Shown piece after piece: positions 56,991 to 64,000 of a stretch of 64,000 bases of DNA. The notes beneath the pieces are model-generated. The model was not told the origin of the DNA, searched no databases, and was given only the letters and a program-made list of their open reading frames with translations. The stretch is from Gammaproteobacteria bacterium (lineage in GTDB: Bacteria; Pseudomonadota; Gammaproteobacteria; UBA4575): contig CBDCTA010000029.1 in the NCBI GenBank assembly GCA_965221955.1, positions 288,001 to 352,000 of the forward strand, in the 5' to 3' direction. The first letter of the stretch is position 1. Each line of letters begins with the position of its first letter. The position numbers and the translations under genes were made by a program.

Positions 56991-58079
56991 ATGGCCGAGC
57001 TTACCAAAGAGCAAGTAGAAGCTGTACTCAAAGAGATTCAAGACCCCAATATCGACAAAAATCTTATGGCTGCAAATGTGGTTAAAAATATTGATGTTGA
57101 TTCTGGCAATGTGCATGTTGAAGTTAAATTAGGTTATCCGGCAAAGAGTATTGTTGCCGACCTTGCTGAAGAGATTGAGGGTGAGTTAACTCAGGCCGGT
57201 GCGGAAACTGTGAAAGCAGATGTAAGTTGGGAAATTGAAGCGCACTCAGTACAAAAAAGTCTCAAGCCACTCGAGAACATAAAAAATGTTATTGCGGTTG
57301 CATCAGGTAAGGGTGGCGTGGGTAAATCCACCACGGCAATTAATTTAGCTTTAGCACTGTCTATGGAAGGGGCTACAGTTGGAATATTGGATGCGGATAT
57401 CTATGGGCCAAGCCAGCCCCGCATGCTTGGCATAAGTGGGCAGCCAAAATCTACAGATGGAAAAAGTTTAGAACCCATGGAAGCGCATGGTTTACAAGCC
57501 ATGTCGATTGGGTTCTTGATTGACGAAGAGACACCTATGATTTGGCGTGGACCGATGGTCACTCAAGCGTTAGAACAGCTTTTAAACGATACACAATGGC
57601 GTGGACTTGATTACTTAATTGTGGATTTGCCACCTGGCACAGGTGATGTGCAATTAACCTTAGCGCAAAAAATTCCTGTCAGTGGTGCGATTATTGTCAC
57701 TACACCTCAAGACATTGCATTGCTGGATGCACGTAAGGGTTTAAAGATGTTTGAAAAAGTAGAAGTACCCGTACTTGGTGTGGTTGAAAATATGAGCATT
57801 CATATTTGTAGTAAGTGCGGACATGAAGAACATATATTTGGAGAAGGTGGCGGTAAAGCCATGGCAGATGAATCAGGTGTTGAAATGCTAGGTGCCCTAC
57901 CATTGGATATTCGTATACGTGAACAAGTGGACGGTGGTAACCCTAGTGTAGTGGCTATGCCAGAAACCCGTATTGCAGAAATTTATCAAGAAATTGCGCG
58001 AAAAGCGGCAGCAAAACTTGCAGTGAAAAGTAAAGATTACAGCGCTAAATTTCCTAAAATTGTTATTCAGAACACCTAG
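56991..58079 (+). CDS. apbC: Fe-S cluster carrier ApbC/Mrp
   Basis: SGKGGVGKST, DADIYGPS, WRGPM, DLPPGTGD, ENMS..CSKC. Confidence 0.95.
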   Translation: MAELTKEQVEAVLKEIQDPNIDKNLMAANVVKNIDVDSGNVHVEVKLGYPAKSIVADLAEEIEGELTQAGAETVKADVSWEIEAHSVQKSLKPLENIKNVIAVASGKGGVGKSTTAINLALALSMEGATVGILDADIYGPSQPRMLGISGQPKSTDGKSLEPMEAHGLQAMSIGFLIDEETPMIWRGPMVTQALEQLLNDTQWRGLDYLIVDLPPGTGDVQLTLAQKIPVSGAIIVTTPQDIALLDARKGLKMFEKVEVPVLGVVENMSIHICSKCGHEEHIFGEGGGKAMADESGVEMLGALPLDIRIREQVDGGNPSVVAMPETRIAEIYQEIARKAAAKLAVKSKDYSAKFPKIVIQNT

Positions 58080-58102
58080 AATTTTTACAGCCGTACTTTG
58101 TA

Positions 58103-58576
58103 GTGAGCATGCGTTTTTTCTTAATCCTTATTACCTCTTTACTGCTGTTTGCATTCCAAGGTTGCGGGACTTTAGACAAACGTTTAAATCCAATTCAGCC
58201 CAAAGTATTCATTGATGCCATTGAAATAGAGGATGCAAATCTGTCAGGGCTAACTGCCTTGCTTACTTTAAACGTTGAAAACCCAAATGATTTTGCACTA
58301 AAAGCAAAAGGTTTAGACTACACTATGAGTTTGGCGGGTACGAATATTCTAAGCGGTGAAAGTCAGAGTAACCTGTCTGTTCCAGCATTAGGCAGTGGTA
58401 AAATTGAAGTGCCGGTGCGAATTTCATATGCATCTATATTAGAAACGATTCCTAAAGTGCTGGAAACAGGTGTGGCTTCGTATAATTTTTCCGGTAGCAT
58501 TCACACTCGTTTATTTAATATTCCATTTGATAAGACCGATGAATTGAAGTTGCCTTATATCGGTAGCGCGAACTAG
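58103..58576 (+). CDS. LEA type 2 / WHy-domain lipoprotein
   Basis: Lipobox FQGC; V.NPN.F.L...GL.Y; VPA.G. Confidence 0.82.
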   Translation: MSMRFFLILITSLLLFAFQGCGTLDKRLNPIQPKVFIDAIEIEDANLSGLTALLTLNVENPNDFALKAKGLDYTMSLAGTNILSGESQSNLSVPALGSGKIEVPVRISYASILETIPKVLETGVASYNFSGSIHTRLFNIPFDKTDELKLPYIGSAN

Positions 58577-58596
58577 AATTTATTATTAAGTTATTT

Positions 58597-59163
58597 ATGG
58601 CGATTAAATCAGATCGTTGGATTCGTAAAATGGCGGAACAACACGGCATGATCGAACCCTTTGAGAGCGGACAAGTTCGTGAGAACGGCCATGGTCGTAT
58701 GATTTCCTATGGTACATCAAGTTATGGTTACGATGTACGTTGCGCGGATCATTTTAAAATTTTTACCAACATTAATTCCGCAGTTGTTGATCCTAAAGCT
58801 TTTGATGAAAATAGTTTTGTTGATGTGAGGGGTAATGAATGTGTTATTCCACCGAATTCGTTTGCACTTGCAAGCACGGTTGAATACTTTCGTATTCCAC
58901 GTTCTGTGCTTACGGTATGCCTAGGTAAATCGACTTATGCGCGTTGCGGCATCATAGTGAATGTCACACCTCTTGAACCCGAATGGGAAGGGCATGTCAC
59001 GCTAGAATTTTCCAATACAACACCGTTACCAGCTAAAATTTATGCTAACGAAGGTGTTGCGCAAATGTTGTTCTTTGAGTCCGATGAGGTTTGTGAAACT
59101 TCATACAAAGATCGTGGTGGTAAATACCAAGGGCAAAAGGGTGTAACGCTTCCTAAAGCATAA
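58597..59163 (+). CDS. dcd: dCTP deaminase
   Basis: [38 protein letters not shown]. Confidence 0.96.
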   Translation: MAIKSDRWIRKMAEQHGMIEPFESGQVRENGHGRMISYGTSSYGYDVRCADHFKIFTNINSAVVDPKAFDENSFVDVRGNECVIPPNSFALASTVEYFRIPRSVLTVCLGKSTYARCGIIVNVTPLEPEWEGHVTLEFSNTTPLPAKIYANEGVAQMLFFESDEVCETSYKDRGGKYQGQKGVTLPKA

Positions 59164-59286
59164 GTTTTGTCATCATTTCTGCTTAAAAACAGTATTAAAT
59201 GATTAATTAAGCTAATTATTCTACTTTTGAATTAACTTTCACATGTGTTAACAACACAAGCGCTCAGGTTGTAGCATGATATTTGA

Positions 59287-59418
59287 GTGGATAAATTATC
59301 AGATGGTATCAAGACAGACCAACAGCGCATCAGAGAGGATGATGTAAATATTGTTGGTGTGATTGTTTCCATTATTATTCTTCTCATCTTGTTTGCTACA
59401 TATTACTTTTTTGGCTAA
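59287..59418 (+). CDS. Possible 43-aa small protein with C-terminal TM helix
   Basis: GTG start; MDKLSDGIKTDQQRIREDDVNIVGVIVSIIILLILFATYYFFG; no clear RBS. Confidence 0.3.
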   Translation: MDKLSDGIKTDQQRIREDDVNIVGVIVSIIILLILFATYYFFG

Positions 59419-59542
59419 ATTTTTAGAATTGCAGTGAAAACTCCATTATTTTAAGTATATATAAATTTAAATTGAATAGTCTTGGGTTGGTTTCTAAAGT
59501 TTCTGTTTTGAGAGATCTATGGTTTAGAGAAATCTACGAGGG

Positions 59543-62131
59543 TTATGCGATTTTAAGGCTGCTTTTTCGTATCAATTCAGTCATTTCATCTGCTGCGACT
59601 GGGCGACTAAAAAAGTAACCTTGCAATTGATCGCAAGATAATTTCATCAGCTGGGTCATTTGAAATTCATTTTCTACACCTTCTGCTACTACTTTTAAGT
59701 TCAAACCATGTGCCATACTAATGATAGCTGAAACTAAAGGAGGGAATTTATTCGTTTTACTGATCTCACTAGTAAATTGGCGATCTATCTTTAATACATC
59801 TATGGGGAATTTTTGTAAATAACTTAGAGATGAGTACCCAGTTCCAAAATCATCGAGGGAAATTTTTATCCCTAATGATTTTAAATCCTTAAGCTTGTCC
59901 GTAATTTTATTACTAGAGGACATTAAAATAGATTCAGTGATCTCTATATGTAAAGAATTTGGATTGATCTTATAATGTCGTAATTGATTCGATATTACTT
60001 CTCGTAGATTTTGTTTGCTAAATTGTATACTTGATACATTTACTGAAATGGATAAATCAGTATTAAAATTATTGTTCCAATAATGTATTTGTTTGCAAGC
60101 TTCTTTAATCACCCACTCGCCAATTTGTATTATTGAACCTGATTCTTCAGCTAACGGTATAAATGCATCTGGTGACACAACTCCAAGTTCTGGATCGTTC
60201 CAACGAATTAGTGCTTCAGCTCCTACAATTTCATGGTTAGTAGAATTTAGAATTGGTTGATAGTATAGCTCTAACTGATTTTCATTAACCGCTTTATGAA
60301 GCTTGTTTTCTAAAGTTAGGATTCTAAATATAGCGGTGTTCATTGAGTTTGAATAATATTGATATATACCTTTACCGTTTTCTTTAGCTTCATACATAGC
60401 AATATCTGCGTATTTAACTAACTCATCTGCGTCATTTGAATCATCAGGATAGACTGCAATACCTATGCTAGCGTGGGTGCGAATAGATTCACCATTGATC
60501 TCGTATGTTTCGCTAAGTTTCTTAAGCAGACGATTTGCAATGGTGCTTGGTTGAAATGAATCGTGTAGATGGCTAAATAATAATATAAATTCATCTCCTC
60601 CAATTCGCGCAACAATTGAGTTATTTTTTTCTGCTCGTTCTCTTATTGCAGTGTCAGTCTTTCTAATGCTCTTTGATATTCTGCTCGCAACAATTTTTAA
60701 CAACTCATCTCCAATATCATGACCAAGCGAATCATTAATTCTTTTGAAGTTGTCCAAATCTAAAAACATGACAGCAAGATTCTCGCTATTACGTTCAGCT
60801 TCAACAAGGGCAGTCTTTAAATAATTATTAAATAATCTTCTATTTGGTAGTCCTGTCAATGTGTCATGATAAGCTAGATACTGAATTTGATCGTTTGAGT
60901 CTTTTAAGTTAATCGCCATGAGATTAAATGACTTCGCAAGTTCACCGATTTCATCATTTGTATCAATATTTATTTGATAATCCAGATTACCTTTTCCTAT
61001 TTCTTTCGTAGCTTTCAATAATTTATACAAAGGATTTGTTACTCTTCTAACAGCTACTAACATTAGTATGATTCCAACTAATGTCGCCATAATAGTAACG
61101 GTATAAATCATAGCTTTGCCGTAGTTAATCATATTCTTGAGATATTGAGCAGAGTGATCAGTTTTATTTTTCACTTCGTTGCTTAAAGCTGCTACAGACG
61201 AGTTTAAAATATTGGTCAGCTCAATATTCCTGTTATCAATTAGATTGAGTCTTTTTTGAAGTTCTACAAGTTTCTTTCTATGGCTAAAAATATCTGGATT
61301 GTCCTGACCATGCTTAATCAACAATAAAATTTTTGAAGAAAATTCGTTACGAAACCTTTTGTTAGTATAATTAACAATTGCTCTGGTAATTATACGAACG
61401 GCATGGTCAAACTCTTGTTCTGCAAAGAGTATGCTTTCGTTGGTATTAGCTTTGTTTAATATTTGTAATGTATTTTGTATTTCATTAATGCGATTAACAA
61501 TTTCTAATGATTTCTCTTTTTCAAATAATATTTCCTGTACAAATTTTTCAAGGTTTTTGTAGTTTTGTTTGTTTAATTTAGGATGTATTGAATCATATTT
61601 ATTATGTACTAAAGTATTTGCTTCAACTTTCATGATAGAGGCTAGGTCTGAAAGAGCTTCAGTGGAATCAATTAAAATGCGATTAGCTTTATTATAATTA
61701 TTTACTGTATTTATTTTGATGCTCAATATCTCATGATATTTGTATACGTTTTCTTCCAAATCATGAAGAATATTTTCAATTTCACTAATAAAATTATTTG
61801 GGAAGTTGTAGTTCTTTAATCCATCCAATTGATATTTTAATTTGTTATTCAATGCAGTTGAATTATCTCTCTTGGTGTCTAGTTCGTTAATACTTTCGGC
61901 ACTTTTCATTAACGATGCACTTTGAATAAGGTTAAAAGAGGTTGTGGATAACTGGTTAACAAAAATTAATGCGGGGATTGAACTACGAGTTAAATTAGAT
62001 TGAGAAGTATCGATGTTGCTTATGGCAACATTTGCAACAATAACTGATGCTATTGAAAAAAATAACACCGTAGATAAGGAGATAACGATTAGTTTACCAA
62101 TGCTGATATTTTTAGCTATTTTTAAGTGCAT
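59543..62131 (-). CDS. Membrane-bound diguanylate cyclase/phosphodiesterase (periplasmic helical sensor, HAMP, GGDEF, EAL)
   Basis: Two TM segments; HAMP DEIGELAKSFN; HDTLTGLPNR, RIGGDEF; YQP, EALIRW, DDFGTGYSSL. Confidence 0.93.
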   Translation of the reverse strand: MHLKIAKNISIGKLIVISLSTVLFFSIASVIVANVAISNIDTSQSNLTRSSIPALIFVNQLSTTSFNLIQSASLMKSAESINELDTKRDNSTALNNKLKYQLDGLKNYNFPNNFISEIENILHDLEENVYKYHEILSIKINTVNNYNKANRILIDSTEALSDLASIMKVEANTLVHNKYDSIHPKLNKQNYKNLEKFVQEILFEKEKSLEIVNRINEIQNTLQILNKANTNESILFAEQEFDHAVRIITRAIVNYTNKRFRNEFSSKILLLIKHGQDNPDIFSHRKKLVELQKRLNLIDNRNIELTNILNSSVAALSNEVKNKTDHSAQYLKNMINYGKAMIYTVTIMATLVGIILMLVAVRRVTNPLYKLLKATKEIGKGNLDYQINIDTNDEIGELAKSFNLMAINLKDSNDQIQYLAYHDTLTGLPNRRLFNNYLKTALVEAERNSENLAVMFLDLDNFKRINDSLGHDIGDELLKIVASRISKSIRKTDTAIRERAEKNNSIVARIGGDEFILLFSHLHDSFQPSTIANRLLKKLSETYEINGESIRTHASIGIAVYPDDSNDADELVKYADIAMYEAKENGKGIYQYYSNSMNTAIFRILTLENKLHKAVNENQLELYYQPILNSTNHEIVGAEALIRWNDPELGVVSPDAFIPLAEESGSIIQIGEWVIKEACKQIHYWNNNFNTDLSISVNVSSIQFSKQNLREVISNQLRHYKINPNSLHIEITESILMSSSNKITDKLKDLKSLGIKISLDDFGTGYSSLSYLQKFPIDVLKIDRQFTSEISKTNKFPPLVSAIISMAHGLNLKVVAEGVENEFQMTQLMKLSCDQLQGYFFSRPVAADEMTELIRKSSLKIA

Positions 62132-62133
62132 CT

Positions 62134-62198
62134 TAAAGTTATGTGTGTCGCAGCCGATATTTATAGATATTTTTGTCTAGTTAATAAATATCGGCTGC
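62134..62198. promoter_or_regulatory. Sigma-28-type promoter(s) within a 15-bp perfect inverted repeat between divergent genes
   Basis: + strand TAAA-N15-GCCGATAT (62134-62160); GCAGCCGATATTTAT (62150-62164) is mirrored at 62184-62198. Confidence 0.6.
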
Positions 62199-62222
62199 AT
62201 AGCCATAATATTAAGGTGTGAA

Positions 62223-63698
62223 ATGGAGAAAATTATTTCGATCTCTAAAAGAAATCTTTTAAAAAATACAGCAATAATGACACTTGGTGTGTATTTACCT
62301 ACCAATTATCTTTTGGCAAATACTAGTGTTGAGCAGGACACTACATATAGGCTAGACCAGAAAATAATCGATATCGTAAAAAAATTGGTGGGAAACAAAG
62401 AGATAAGTATTTCAATCTTGCAGCCTAAGGGCTCACTAGGGAATGTTAAGCCCGTGGGTGATATTTTTAGTGAAAAATCGGGTGTGCAAGTAAAGTATAT
62501 CGAAGCATCACTTGATGAAATTAATGCCAAAATCATGGCGCAGTCTTTATCTAACAAATCCGATTTTGATGTAGCGTTACCAGCAACTTTTGGGTTACCT
62601 GATTTAATAGAAGCAGGGGCAATAAGAGATTTAGACGAGTTCGTAAAAAAATATGAACCAAATGGATTTAATAAAAATATGCTCTATCCAGTTGGCGATT
62701 TCTATAAAGGTAAATTTTATGGTTATCAGACTGACGGCGATACATATTTGATGTTTTATAATAAAAGCTGGTTAGAGAATGAAAAAGAAAAAAAGAAATT
62801 TAGGAGTGAATATGGATACCCGTTAGATATCCCAAATACGTGGGAACAGCTTGACCAGATGATTAAATATTTTCATCGTCCTGGTCAGAATAAATTTGGT
62901 GGTGCATTGTATCGCAATAAAGATTATATAGCGTGGGAATGGTGGGTTCGGTTTCATGCCAAAGGTTATTTTCCTTTTGATGATTCATTAAGACCACAAA
63001 TTAACAATCAAGCAGGAGTAAATGCTTTAAGTGAGTTGATATCCACAACAAAATACTTGTACCCATATGCTAAAACTAATGGATTGTTTGAAAATTGGGA
63101 AGCGTTCGCCAAAGGAAATATTTTTTGTAATATTGGTTGGGGCGGCACACAAAAGTACTTAAATGGAGAAGGCTCAAGTATTCGAGATAATCTTGCCTTT
63201 GGTTCGACGCCAGGAGGTTACCTAAACGATACATTGTTACATACACCATATTTTAACTGGGGTTGGAACTATACGGTTTCAAGTTTTTCCAAAGAACCAG
63301 AAATTTCTTACCTATTTACTTTGTTTGCATGTTGTCCTGATATGTCGACCAAAGCAGTACAATATTCAAGCGGTTACTTTGATCCATTTCGTGTTGAACA
63401 TTATGACGACCAAGAGATACAGGCTACATATTCAAAAAGTTTTTTAAAGGCTCATAAATATAGCATGCAAAATAGTATTCCCGATTTATATTTAACAGGG
63501 CAAGGAGAGTATTGGGATGTGCTGAAGGAATATATTGAACTTGCAGATCGAGGCAAAATGAGTCCGAAATTTGCGTTGGACGCTACAGCAGATTCTTGGA
63601 ATCAAATCAGCAAGAGATACGGCATAGATAATCAACTCGAACAGTGGAAGTTTCTTAAAACACGATATCCTGCTCAAATTAGAGCGTTATTAGCATAA
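62223..63698 (+). CDS. Extracellular solute-binding protein (family 1) with Tat-like signal
   Basis: SKRNLLK signal; DL..AG.I.DL, D.D...MFYN, P.TW, F..G motifs; no adjacent permease genes. Confidence 0.8.
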   Translation: MEKIISISKRNLLKNTAIMTLGVYLPTNYLLANTSVEQDTTYRLDQKIIDIVKKLVGNKEISISILQPKGSLGNVKPVGDIFSEKSGVQVKYIEASLDEINAKIMAQSLSNKSDFDVALPATFGLPDLIEAGAIRDLDEFVKKYEPNGFNKNMLYPVGDFYKGKFYGYQTDGDTYLMFYNKSWLENEKEKKKFRSEYGYPLDIPNTWEQLDQMIKYFHRPGQNKFGGALYRNKDYIAWEWWVRFHAKGYFPFDDSLRPQINNQAGVNALSELISTTKYLYPYAKTNGLFENWEAFAKGNIFCNIGWGGTQKYLNGEGSSIRDNLAFGSTPGGYLNDTLLHTPYFNWGWNYTVSSFSKEPEISYLFTLFACCPDMSTKAVQYSSGYFDPFRVEHYDDQEIQATYSKSFLKAHKYSMQNSIPDLYLTGQGEYWDVLKEYIELADRGKMSPKFALDATADSWNQISKRYGIDNQLEQWKFLKTRYPAQIRALLA

Positions 63699-63809
63699 CA
63701 AAAGCGTAGTGGTTAGATAGATAATACCAACTCGCGCAAAAATTTATTAATTTTAATGTTAAGCTGGTGAAATAAGGTCTATTTAAAACATATTTATAAA
63801 AGTTTGTAT

Positions 63810-64000
63810 CTATCTTTGTAAATCGGTTCCTTTGAATTTAAATTCATAATCAAAACTAGGTGTTCCCTCAACTAATTCTTCTGCGTTTGTATAGATTTTT
63901 TTTGCCATTACTCTTAAGGTTTTAACTATCTTGTAGTCAACAGGTTTTCTGTTAGTTTTTGCTAATGAAATGTGCGTAATGTTTGATTCAATATCTTTGA
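63810..64000 (-). CDS. C-terminal end of a hypothetical protein entering from the right edge
   Basis: Open frame KDIESNITHISLAKTNRKPVDYKIVK...FKGTDLQR* ending at 63810. Confidence 0.4.
   Translation of the reverse strand, partial: KDIESNITHISLAKTNRKPVDYKIVKTLRVMAKKIYTNAEELVEGTPSFDYEFKFKGTDLQR

Overview
AT-rich chromosomal segment from a sulfur-oxidizing gammaproteobacterium. It carries a complete reverse-type Dsr operon on the minus strand (dsrABEFHCMKLJOPNR, 4584-17438). Divergent from dsrA is a 5-gene unit: TauD-like dioxygenase, 65-aa protein, orphan Cas6 (I-MYXAN/Cmx6-like, no array or other cas genes in the window), Cys-less DsrC paralogue and 67-aa protein. More sulfur-oxidizer accessory genes follow (Sfum_1244-like, Alvin_2107-like, TrpD-like, and sel1-AAA-VWA-dsrS-cysG). 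The right half has a class III cyclase/Crp/porin module, a cobalamin riboswitch with a btuB operon, a split oxazolin/bufferin-type MNIO RiPP cluster whose EGKCG-repeat precursor contains EF-hands, a probable 2-oxoglutarate decarboxylase/semialdehyde dehydrogenase pair, housekeeping genes (nth, metG, apbC, dcd) and a GGDEF-EAL/solute-binding pair. Non-coding signals read by eye: three diverged copies of a ~120-bp structured repeat, each just after a stop codon and in the same transcriptional orientation; a gene bracketed by two 28-bp recombination-like sites; a candidate CRP-dependent sRNA; shared ECF-type and sigma-28 promoters; and two unannotated small membrane ORFs. No rRNA, tRNA, transposase or CRISPR array was seen. 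Family assignments come from motif recognition, not from database searches.
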